41,496 nucleotides of DNA, from positions 1-41,496 of the forward strand of contig CAWVXU010000014.1 in the NCBI GenBank assembly GCA_963934255.1, in the 5' to 3' direction. Made by a program: the position numbers and the translations under genes. The DNA comes from an uncultured Fibrobacterales bacterium. Its GTDB lineage: Bacteria; Fibrobacterota; Fibrobacteria; Fibrobacterales; CAWVXU01. The notes beneath the pieces are model-generated. The model was given only the letters and a program-made list of their open reading frames with translations. It searched no databases and was not told the origin of the DNA. Of the stretch, positions 32,223 to 40,846 are shown piece after piece; position 1 is the stretch's first letter; every line of letters starts with the position of its first letter.

Positions 32223-33431
32223 TTAAACTTCTGCTTTTACTTTAGCAAGAATTGAAAAATCGTGTGGTTCGTCTAATAGTGGTCTGATATATTCGTAGAA
32301 AGCTTCAGAAACAAAGTTTCCTTCTTCATTGAAATATTCAGCAGGCATTTCTTTTGCAGCAACTGCTACGTCTGAAAGTGGTGCATCACCATATTCAATC
32401 GTATAAGGGTTATTAGATACGCGGTTGATTGTTACCATAACTGCAGTTTTGCCTTCGTCATGACCTTTTTTAACAGCGTTTACACCGCAAAGATATGCCT
32501 CTTCAAGGTCTGTTTTTGATGCGCGGTCAATAGCACACATTGCAAGTGATTCCACGATTTGGAATTCACCACGCCAGCCAAATTTACCAGCGATAATTTT
32601 GTGCATATTAAGAGCAGCAGATGTACCACCCATTGCACCAAGCTCAGGATTACCGTGTTTGTCAGCTTGCTCTGGAGCAGATACATAAGTACCATCATCC
32701 CACTTAGCACCTTCACCAACAACGATTGATACCCAACCGTATTTTGCTTTAGTCGCTTCAACGTCAGCAAGAAATTTTTCTTTTGATACAGGACATTCAG
32801 GAACATAAATTAAGTGAGGAGCATCAGATTCTGATTTTTTACCAACAACAGAAGCACACGCCAACCAACCAGCATCGCGACCAACAGTTTGATAGATAAC
32901 GTATTGATCAACACGTTGCATATCAGATGCTAGACGACCAGCTTGTTGTACTGAGCGGGCGACATAATTTGCTGCAGATGCATAACCAGGAGTGTGATCA
33001 GTGCAGTACAAGTCATTGTCAACCGTTTTGGGAACACCTATTCCTTTTAATTCCCAATCACCATGAACACGACAGTATTCTTCAATGCGATGGATAGTAT
33101 CCATCGTGTCGTTTCCACCAATAAGGAAGAAGTAGCGGATGTTATACTTTTTAAGTTGTTCCATAATAAGTGGGAAGTCAGAATCTTTTACTTTATGACG
33201 GCTTGAGCCTAAGGCAGATCCAGGAGTCGAACGCAGTCCTTCAATAACTTCAGGAGATTCTTTACCAAGGTCGACAACCTCGTCGTTCATGAATCCTTCA
33301 ATACCAAAAGACATACCAAATACATTATCGATATTTTCAGAAGCTAGAGCTTGCTGAATTACTCCACATAGAGAAGAGTTTATTACTGAAGTAGGTCCAC
33401 CAGATTGGCCAACAAGTGCATTTCCACGCAT
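32223..33431 (-). CDS. PfkA-family kinase with PPi-type signature and divergent acceptor site
   Basis: GQSGGPTSVIN, LGSSR, IGGNDT, PKTVDNDL, DHTPGY, VGEG; MGR replaced by VGR; AGGAG RBS. Confidence 0.88.
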   Translation of the reverse strand: MRGNALVGQSGGPTSVINSSLCGVIQQALASENIDNVFGMSFGIEGFMNDEVVDLGKESPEVIEGLRSTPGSALGSSRHKVKDSDFPLIMEQLKKYNIRYFFLIGGNDTMDTIHRIEEYCRVHGDWELKGIGVPKTVDNDLYCTDHTPGYASAANYVARSVQQAGRLASDMQRVDQYVIYQTVGRDAGWLACASVVGKKSESDAPHLIYVPECPVSKEKFLADVEATKAKYGWVSIVVGEGAKWDDGTYVSAPEQADKHGNPELGAMGGTSAALNMHKIIAGKFGWRGEFQIVESLAMCAIDRASKTDLEEAYLCGVNAVKKGHDEGKTAVMVTINRVSNNPYTIEYGDAPLSDVAVAAKEMPAEYFNEEGNFVSEAFYEYIRPLLDEPHDFSILAKVKAEV

Positions 33432-33483
33432 GTATTTGCTCCTATAAGAAAAATTGAGGCTAATGCCATAAGTTATTTGTAAA

Positions 33484-33514
33484 TGTCAATTTAATAAAAA
33501 TCATTTTAAAATGA
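33484..33514 (-). promoter_or_regulatory. Candidate -35 element and upstream palindrome for the pfk-like gene
   Basis: TTGACA on the minus strand (33484-33489) and perfect palindrome TCATTTTAAAATGA (33501-33514); no clean -10 at 17 nt spacing. Confidence 0.35.
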
Positions 33515-33578
33515 GGTGTAAATCCTTATATAGTGGATGACTTAATATATCGAGCTAAGAAAAGGAATAAAAGGCAGA

Positions 33579-33599
33579 TACTTAGCTCAGAGCTAAGTA
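33579..33599. repeat. 21-bp inverted repeat (operator or terminator hairpin)
   Basis: TACTTAGCTC-A-GAGCTAAGTA, with an extra half-site GAGCTAAG at 33552-33559. Confidence 0.7.
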
Positions 33600-33641
33600 A
33601 TTGAATTTAAAGTAATTAGATGGAAATTGGCAATATTTTGG

Positions 33642-34499
33642 TCAATTTTCAATGCTTTTGACACTGTCCTTATCTAAGCCTTTGGCACCGTCCTTATCTA
33701 AGTCTTTGGCGCTATACATCAAGACATCAACCTTTTCCAAGATTTGGTGGAAATTGTCACCTTCTTTGAAATCACAACAACCAAAACTAAAGCCAACCTT
33801 AAAACTGCACTCCTTAATACTCACAACTTTAGACTCTATTTTTGATTTGATAGCATTGAGCTCAGATTGGACAACTTTAATATTAACTTCTGGAGCTAAT
33901 ATTAGAAATTCATCTCCTCCAAATCGGCAAATAAAGACGTCTCTACTCATGTTGTTGAGTTGAGAAATTAAATGAGCCACAAGAACCAATACCTTGTCAC
34001 CAACCGGATGGCCATGAGTATCGTTTATTTCCTTGAAATTATTCAAATCTAGAAACCCAATAGTTCCCTTCGTCTTAAATGCATCCAAAGCTAAGAACTG
34101 ATCAAATAACCAACGCCTATTATAGACAGAAGTCAATTCGTCTTTAAATACAGAAGCCTCAAGGTGAGCAATTTTCTTAGAAAGGTTTTCAATATCATTT
34201 TGAGCCTTCTCGAGTAACTTGTTGTCCTTTTTCTCAATTGCTTCAGATGCCTGTTGAGTGGATGATTTTAATGCCTTAACGCTTTCATTGGATTCATATT
34301 GAAGTTTTTCAAGATTAACTGCGCTTTCTCCAAGCACTTTTTGACCCTCTTTAAAACCATCAATGACTGTTAAATCAATTTCTGCAGCCTTTGCAAGATC
34401 GATAAAGGTATCGCGATATAGCTCAGGAGGGACGGAATCATATTTTCGCAGTATTTTAAACGTATCATTGGTGATTTTTTTTAAATCTCGATTAGACAT
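33642..34499 (-). CDS. Soluble diguanylate cyclase (coiled coil + GGDEF)
   Basis: DELTSVYNRR, DLNNFKEINDTHGH, RFGGDEF; no RxxD at the canonical spacing; GGAGAG RBS. Confidence 0.88.
   Translation of the reverse strand: MSNRDLKKITNDTFKILRKYDSVPPELYRDTFIDLAKAAEIDLTVIDGFKEGQKVLGESAVNLEKLQYESNESVKALKSSTQQASEAIEKKDNKLLEKAQNDIENLSKKIAHLEASVFKDELTSVYNRRWLFDQFLALDAFKTKGTIGFLDLNNFKEINDTHGHPVGDKVLVLVAHLISQLNNMSRDVFICRFGGDEFLILAPEVNIKVVQSELNAIKSKIESKVVSIKECSFKVGFSFGCCDFKEGDNFHQILEKVDVLMYSAKDLDKDGAKGLDKDSVKSIEN
33662..33709. repeat. 2 x 24-bp in-frame tandem duplication
   Basis: CACTGTCCTTATCTAAGCCTTTGG / CACCGTCCTTATCTAAGTCTTTGG (2 mismatches); encodes AKDLDKDG-AKGLDKDS. Confidence 0.9.
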
Positions 34500-34555
34500 T
34501 TTTCTCTCCCAAGAAAAAAATTCTTTAACGTCGGAAAAATTAATAAATTAAGCCG

Positions 34556-35908
34556 ATGCTTAACAAAAAGAACTTCATATTCTACACGATAATTATAGTC
34601 TTATTTATAGGCCTATTTCAACCAGTATTATCTTTTTCTACCAAATGGGCCATTACCTTAACGAATAGTTCAACTAAAGAGCTCCTAATAGACTCCATAT
34701 CACCTCAAGGGTTCCATTTTCAGCTTCCATTTAAAGACAAAATCAAAAAAGGAATACTCCCCCATCAAGCGATAAAAGAAGCAATTCCAACTCAAAGTTT
34801 CAAAGTAAAAGTCACACTCAAAAGTTTAGATTCCAATAATGTTCTCTTTTTAGGTATAGAGGACTCAAATCTTCAACTAGCTGGTCAAAATTCCAACAAC
34901 CAATGGCTCAGCTTAACCATTCCAAACAACATGGTAAAGAAGCTAGAACTTGACTCAAATGAAGCTAAATCACTTAATATTAAACTTAAGTCATGGGATT
35001 TTAAGGATAGTTTTGACCTACTCATTTATTCTGAGTCACCACTAGACACTATCACCCCAAACGGCCTCGCTATAAATCCAACAACAGTCGTTTCTGTTGA
35101 AAAAAAACCGACGATAGTTAAGCCAAAAAAGTCTGTCCCGAAGATTCAAAACAGTCTTGAAATAAGCACTGTCAATCCTGGTGCGCATATATTTTTAAAT
35201 GGTCTACCCACACTACAAAACACGCCTTTTACCTTCAAGAACATCCCCGTCGGGGATTATAATTACGAGACAAGATGGACTGTAAATAATAATCTCTGGG
35301 CTTTTTCGGACTCAATAAACATCAAGCAATCCACTCAAGCATTCAAGAAATTCAAGACTCAAAGAGTACGCCCAGAACTTAATATCCAAAGCACCCCCCC
35401 AGGTGCATTTATATTTTTTCACAAACCAAACGAACATGTTTTTAAATCTAAGTGGACCACCCCCTTAGCTATAGCTGATATTAATCCAGGCATACGTCAA
35501 ATCACTATCAAGGCAAATGGATTTAAGGACTCCACCTTCTATTTAAATGTACTCGCTGGTCAAAAAAGTATCGCCGATATCAATTTGATTCAACATTCTA
35601 AGCTTCAAACAGAATCAAGATCAACACAAAACAAATGGTCTAAGAACTTAATCTGGACTAGTGTTCCCGCTTTTGCTTTGGCGAGCACTTTCCATGCCTT
35701 AGCCGAAATGGAGCTAAAAAATGCTTGGAAATCTAAAATATTGCTCAGCCAACCTAGTTTTCAAAAGAATGAAAACAGTAATTTCAAAGATTTAAAGAAA
35801 GAAAACCGCACATCTGTAGAAGATGCAAAGGACCTGTATATGGCGAGTCAGATTTTCGTAGGAATTGCTATTATTTTAGGAGGAGTCGGTTTGACTCTCC
35901 ACTTTTAG
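34556..35908 (+). CDS. PEGA-domain exported/membrane protein
   Basis: N-terminal signal/TM; two PEGA-like units (LEISTVNPGAHIFLNG...TPF; LNIQSTPPGAFIF...TTPL...PG); hydrophobic C-terminus ending GVGLTLHF. Confidence 0.7.
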   Translation: MLNKKNFIFYTIIIVLFIGLFQPVLSFSTKWAITLTNSSTKELLIDSISPQGFHFQLPFKDKIKKGILPHQAIKEAIPTQSFKVKVTLKSLDSNNVLFLGIEDSNLQLAGQNSNNQWLSLTIPNNMVKKLELDSNEAKSLNIKLKSWDFKDSFDLLIYSESPLDTITPNGLAINPTTVVSVEKKPTIVKPKKSVPKIQNSLEISTVNPGAHIFLNGLPTLQNTPFTFKNIPVGDYNYETRWTVNNNLWAFSDSINIKQSTQAFKKFKTQRVRPELNIQSTPPGAFIFFHKPNEHVFKSKWTTPLAIADINPGIRQITIKANGFKDSTFYLNVLAGQKSIADINLIQHSKLQTESRSTQNKWSKNLIWTSVPAFALASTFHALAEMELKNAWKSKILLSQPSFQKNENSNFKDLKKENRTSVEDAKDLYMASQIFVGIAIILGGVGLTLHF

Positions 35909-36621
35909 TGAAAGGCATTGATTTGGCTGATCAAAATCAAGATAATGGCTCTTTATCTTCAGATGACAATGGCGTTGGAATCGACTCCAAAGAAGACTTA
36001 GCAAATATCATTCAAGCAGTTATTTTCGCTTCGTCCGACCTCATTAACATGAGAAAGCTAAGAGAGCTGATCGGTGATTTCCTCGAAATACAAACTGTTA
36101 GAGATTCAGTATTAATTGCAAATGACAAATTGAGTAGTATCAATTCTCCTTTTGAAATTGTGGAACAAGCTGGTGCTTTTCGTTTTAGAACTCGAACAAG
36201 GTACTACCCTTGGATTAAAAAGCTTTTTGGAAATGAAAACATTAATAGACGACTATCTCAAGCTGCTCTTGAAACTCTTTCGATTATAGCCTACAAACAA
36301 CCCATTACCAAAGCTGAAATGGAAGCCGTGCGCGGCGTGTCATGTGATGGTCCTGTTAAAAGTCTACTCGACAAAAAACTTGTCGGACTTGGCGGGCGAT
36401 CTGATGGTGCCGGTAACGCCTTCCAATATGTCACTACCAAAGATTTCATGAAGTATTTTGGGATCAACAAAATTCCCGATGACCTTCCAAGGTTAAATGA
36501 ACTTGAAGACCTGATTCATGCAAATGAACTTCTTCCACAGATCTCTGGAGGAACTATGTTTACCCCCAATCGTGATGACCTTGATCCAGATCAAATTGAA
36601 ATGACTATGGGAGAGCAATAA
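35908..36621 (+). CDS. scpB: SMC-Scp complex subunit ScpB
   Basis: IQAVIFAS, RLSQAALETLSIIAYKQPITKAEMEAVRGV, YVTTKDFMKYFGI, DLP. Confidence 0.92.
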   Translation: MKGIDLADQNQDNGSLSSDDNGVGIDSKEDLANIIQAVIFASSDLINMRKLRELIGDFLEIQTVRDSVLIANDKLSSINSPFEIVEQAGAFRFRTRTRYYPWIKKLFGNENINRRLSQAALETLSIIAYKQPITKAEMEAVRGVSCDGPVKSLLDKKLVGLGGRSDGAGNAFQYVTTKDFMKYFGINKIPDDLPRLNELEDLIHANELLPQISGGTMFTPNRDDLDPDQIEMTMGEQ

Positions 36622-39230
36622 TGTCTACACCTATGATGATTCAATACAACGAAATTAAATCACGCTACAGCGATTGTATTTTATTTTATCGCATGGGTGA
36701 TTTCTATGAGCTATTTGGAGATGATGCGATTGTGAGTTCCAAGGTTCTAGGTATCACTCTAACTCGCAGAAATAATGGCAAATCGGGTCAAACCCCTTTG
36801 TGTGGTTTCCCCCATCATTCTGCAGAACGCTATGTCCCTAAAATGGTCAATGCAGGTTACAAAGTAGCCATCTGCGAACAAATTGAAGACCCCAAAGAGG
36901 CCAAGGGGATTGTCAAGCGTGACGTTATTGAAGTCATCACGGCTGGCACAACACTGAATGAATCGACTCTCGATGCATCTACCAACACTTATCTTTGTGC
37001 CATATTACCTAACTCAACGCTTAGTGAAGAGCATTGTGCTTTAGCTATACTTGATATTTCTACAGGTGAATTCCAAGTAACTGAAGGCGACTTTGCTCAA
37101 ATTGAATCTGAGCTTTATAGACTTTCTCCTCGAGAAGTTCTAGTCCCAGCCATGGAAAATGACCTACTAGAATTTGTAGAAACAATTAGTCAACAAGAAA
37201 AGCTTTGTATCACACCACTCATTGACATTTGGTATGAATCAGAAGGAGCTCATTCAAGTTTGCTGAAACAATTCAAGACTGACAGTCTAGATGCTTATGG
37301 CTTAGAAGGAAGAGAGCTTTGCATTAGGGCTTCAGGTGCTGTATTACAATACGCACTTGACCAAAAGAAAACCAACTTAGATCATCTTGATAGAATCCAA
37401 TGGCGTAGTCTGGGTGACTCTATGAATCTTGACCCGCAAACTTTAAGAAATCTAGAACTTATCAAGCCCCTCAATGCAGATGACCCCAAGTCAACATTAG
37501 TGCATGTATTAGATCACACAGTCACCGCAATGGGTGCTCGCAAATTAAAACGTTGGATATCTCACCCTTTACTTTCAGTCAATCAAATTCACCAACGTCA
37601 TGATGCCATTGATGAGCTTTTGAGTAACCCCATATTTGTTGATGACATCAAAGTTGAGCTTCGTGAAATTATGGACATCGAGAGACTGATTGGTAGACTT
37701 GGCTCCGGTCGTGCCAATGCTAGAGATCTTATCGCTTTGGGTAAATCTTTAGCTCAAAGTTCTCGAGTCGCGATTTTAATTAAAAACAGTAAAAATGACT
37801 TTTTCAAATCTCTTCAATTAAATGAACAAAGACTTTCAGAACTAGGGCAAAATCTTTTAAGTTATTTCACGGATGAACCACCTATTACTTTGCGTGAAGG
37901 TAAGTTGATTAGAGAAAATGCATCCAAAGAATTAGATGAACTTAATCTCGGTATAAAAGATGCAAGGATTTGGTTATCAGGGCTAGAAGCAAGAGAGAAA
38001 GAACGCACTGGTATCCCTACTCTCAAAATTGGTTTTAACAAAGTTTTTGGTTACTATCTCGAAGTAACTAGTCAGCACCATGAAAAAGTACCGGCAGAAT
38101 ATATTAGAAAACAAACTTTAGCCAATGCTGAACGTTTTATCTCCCCCGAGATGAAGGAGTACGAAACTCAAATTCTCAATGCTGAAGGTGAAATCAACAC
38201 GCTCGAATATAAACTTTTTAGCGCAAAAAGAGATGAAGCAGCTCAATGGTGTTCTGAACTTCGAAATGTTGCAGATCAAATTGCCAAGCTTGACTCTATT
38301 CTTTCATTAAGTATTGCGGCGGCTCGAGAAAACTACACTAGACCATCGATGGAAGATTCGGCTACCCTTGAAATATTCGGCGGATTCCATCCAGTGATTA
38401 AAGCTAGTAATCCAGAGATGCAGTTCATTACCAATGATGTCCAAATGAATCCAATATCACAGCAAATCATGCTTATTACAGGGCCCAACATGGCAGGTAA
38501 ATCAACTTACCTTCGTCAGACAGGTCTGATTGTTTTAATGGCTCAAATTGGTTCATTTGTCCCGGCTAGTTCAGCTCGCATTGGCATTGTCGATAGAATT
38601 TTCACACGCGTGGGTGCTTCTGATCGTCTTGCTCGTGGACAGTCAACATTTATGGTTGAAATGGTTGAGACCGCCAACATATTACATAATGCATCTGACA
38701 AAAGCTTAATCCTTTTGGATGAAATTGGTCGAGGTACCTCGACATTTGATGGCTTAGCTCTAGCTTGGGCTATTATTGAAGATTTGCATAATGATCCAAA
38801 GCGAGCCGGCAAAACACTATTTGCCACTCACTATCATGAACTCACCGTCCTAGATAATCAGCTCGAGAGACTCGCAAATTTCCATATTACAGTCAAAGAG
38901 TATCAAGGTAAGCTTGTTTTCCTTAGAAAAATTATTGAAGGTGCATGTGATTCATCCTATGGTATACAAGTAGCTGAGATGGCAGGACTTCCTAAAGAAG
39001 TCATCTTCCGCGCCAAGCGTATTTTACACCGCTTAGAAAGTGGTCAAAAAGAAGTCTCAGTCATAGAAGAAATCAAACCCGAGACTCAACAAGATCTATT
39101 TAGTGGTCCTAGTTTAACTGAGGACGAAATAATGGCTATTGATGAAATTAAAAGAAAAGATTTCAATACACTCTCGCCTATGGACGCACTCAGCTTTTTA
39201 GCTGACCTCAAGTCACAATATTTTAAATAG
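36621..39230 (+). CDS. mutS: DNA mismatch repair protein MutS
   Basis: TPMMIQY, FYRMGDFYELF, QTLANAERF, GPNMAGKST, DEIGRGTST, FATHYH; C-terminal QQDLF clamp-binding-like motif. Confidence 0.96.
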   Translation: MSTPMMIQYNEIKSRYSDCILFYRMGDFYELFGDDAIVSSKVLGITLTRRNNGKSGQTPLCGFPHHSAERYVPKMVNAGYKVAICEQIEDPKEAKGIVKRDVIEVITAGTTLNESTLDASTNTYLCAILPNSTLSEEHCALAILDISTGEFQVTEGDFAQIESELYRLSPREVLVPAMENDLLEFVETISQQEKLCITPLIDIWYESEGAHSSLLKQFKTDSLDAYGLEGRELCIRASGAVLQYALDQKKTNLDHLDRIQWRSLGDSMNLDPQTLRNLELIKPLNADDPKSTLVHVLDHTVTAMGARKLKRWISHPLLSVNQIHQRHDAIDELLSNPIFVDDIKVELREIMDIERLIGRLGSGRANARDLIALGKSLAQSSRVAILIKNSKNDFFKSLQLNEQRLSELGQNLLSYFTDEPPITLREGKLIRENASKELDELNLGIKDARIWLSGLEAREKERTGIPTLKIGFNKVFGYYLEVTSQHHEKVPAEYIRKQTLANAERFISPEMKEYETQILNAEGEINTLEYKLFSAKRDEAAQWCSELRNVADQIAKLDSILSLSIAAARENYTRPSMEDSATLEIFGGFHPVIKASNPEMQFITNDVQMNPISQQIMLITGPNMAGKSTYLRQTGLIVLMAQIGSFVPASSARIGIVDRIFTRVGASDRLARGQSTFMVEMVETANILHNASDKSLILLDEIGRGTSTFDGLALAWAIIEDLHNDPKRAGKTLFATHYHELTVLDNQLERLANFHITVKEYQGKLVFLRKIIEGACDSSYGIQVAEMAGLPKEVIFRAKRILHRLESGQKEVSVIEEIKPETQQDLFSGPSLTEDEIMAIDEIKRKDFNTLSPMDALSFLADLKSQYFK

Positions 39231-39237
39231 GAAATAC

Positions 39238-39756
39238 ATGAAACAAATCGTAAATGCGCTTTGGAGCGAAATCTATACGCAGAAAAAGAAAAATCAAGAT
39301 TTAGTCCCTATATTAAGAGACGTAGCCATCTTTGAAGGCCTCACAACCAAAGAATTGATGTTTATAGGTCGTATCCTACATCAAAGAACTTACTCCCCCA
39401 AAGAGCTAATATTCAAGGAGGGTGAAGCTGGTAATGGAATGTATATCATTAAAACCGGAAATGTCGTCATTTTCTCAGAAGAGACTCAAACTGAATACGC
39501 CAAGTTAACTGCTGGGACTTTTTTTGGTGAACTTTCTCTGGTTGATGGCGCTCCTCGATCTGCTTCTGCTAAGTCTAAAGATGATTGTAAATTATTCGGA
39601 TTTTTCAAACCCGACCTCTTGTCCTTAATGGAAAAAAATCACCATATTGGCAGCAAAGTTTTGATGAATTTGAGTCGAGTTCTGAGTACTCGTCTGAGAA
39701 ATACTAATCAGCAATGGTTAGAGCTTCAAAAGGAAGTTTCAATTGCCAGCAAATAA
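39238..39756 (+). CDS. Stand-alone cyclic-nucleotide-binding domain protein
   Basis: IFKEGEAGNGMYIIKTG and phosphate-binding cassette FFGELSL...PRSASA; ends after the C-helix with no HTH. Confidence 0.85.
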   Translation: MKQIVNALWSEIYTQKKKNQDLVPILRDVAIFEGLTTKELMFIGRILHQRTYSPKELIFKEGEAGNGMYIIKTGNVVIFSEETQTEYAKLTAGTFFGELSLVDGAPRSASAKSKDDCKLFGFFKPDLLSLMEKNHHIGSKVLMNLSRVLSTRLRNTNQQWLELQKEVSIASK

Positions 39757-40795
39757 CGAACACAAATGGGTGCAAATAGCCTATTACACGATCCTTCTTG
39801 GGATTTTTGCAATAGTAGGTTGGGCTGTCTATCAACTATTTATTTTATTATTTGGTGGCTTTCTACTCGCTTTCTTAGCTCGGCCTTTGGTCGATAAGAT
39901 TGAACGGCGTGGTTATTCTCGAGAGATTAGCACCGCGTTATTCTTCTTAGGTTTCTTTCTTATACTAGGTATATTCCTTTATATTACGGTCCCGATTTTG
40001 AAATTTCAAGGACAAGAGGCCTATCAAAATCGAGACATATACTGGCATCAAATTGAATCAAAGTTTGAAGACGGTAAGATGCTTGCACAACAATATATCA
40101 GCAAAGACCAAGTTGAACAGTACGATCAAAAGATGCGTTCTTTAAGTGCTGAGTTTTTAGAGAATAGTAAAAATACTCTATTAGATATTCTTGGAGCTTT
40201 TCTCGCTAATATTAGCTCATTGATTTTCATCCCAGTTGTAGCGTTTTTCTTTCTTATTCAAGGTGCCCAAATTCAACAGAATCTCATGAAGCATATTCCC
40301 AATAGATACTTTGAAATGTCATTAATGATGATTCATTATGTCAATCGCTCTATTTCAGGGTATCTTCGTGGTCAGTTCTTAAATTGTTTAGCAGTAGGGA
40401 TTATAGCAGCAATTGGCTTAAATATTATCGGAGTAAAAGGCGGGATTGCCATAGGTTTATTCGCAGGACTCGCCAATGCAATCCCTTATTTAGGTCCAGT
40501 CGTTGGAGCCCTGCCTGCAATTGTCATGATTATCATTGACCCTGCAGCTAGCTCACCTTGGTGGTCCGTTCTTGTTGTATTTTTAGTTATCAACATTATG
40601 GATAACATTTATATTTACCCGATGACTGTCGGCAAGTCATTACAACTCCACCCGTTGATTGCTATTTTAGGCATTTTATTTGGCGGAGCTGCTGGTGGAG
40701 TCCTCGGGATGATTATTGCTGTACCCCTAATAAGTATCGCAACTAAAATTTTCACCGTATTTCATATCAATTTACGCTTTTATCGAATTATTTAA
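39743..40795 (+). CDS. AI-2E (PerM/UPF0118) family transporter
   Basis: Multiple TMs, LARPLVD, YLRGQ, AIPYLGP, LHPL, GVLGMIIAVP; TTG start overlapping the previous gene, AAGGA RBS. Confidence 0.9.
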   Translation: MPANNEHKWVQIAYYTILLGIFAIVGWAVYQLFILLFGGFLLAFLARPLVDKIERRGYSREISTALFFLGFFLILGIFLYITVPILKFQGQEAYQNRDIYWHQIESKFEDGKMLAQQYISKDQVEQYDQKMRSLSAEFLENSKNTLLDILGAFLANISSLIFIPVVAFFFLIQGAQIQQNLMKHIPNRYFEMSLMMIHYVNRSISGYLRGQFLNCLAVGIIAAIGLNIIGVKGGIAIGLFAGLANAIPYLGPVVGALPAIVMIIIDPAASSPWWSVLVVFLVINIMDNIYIYPMTVGKSLQLHPLIAILGILFGGAAGGVLGMIIAVPLISIATKIFTVFHINLRFYRII

Positions 40796-40846
40796 AAATT
40801 ACTCGGCTTCAAAAGTACTACTTTAGAATGTAAAAGGAATCCAATT

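Noticed and set aside
33662..33709. Repeat considered as a CRISPR remnant
   Set aside because: Two adjacent copies with no spacer, in frame within a CDS, and no cas genes.
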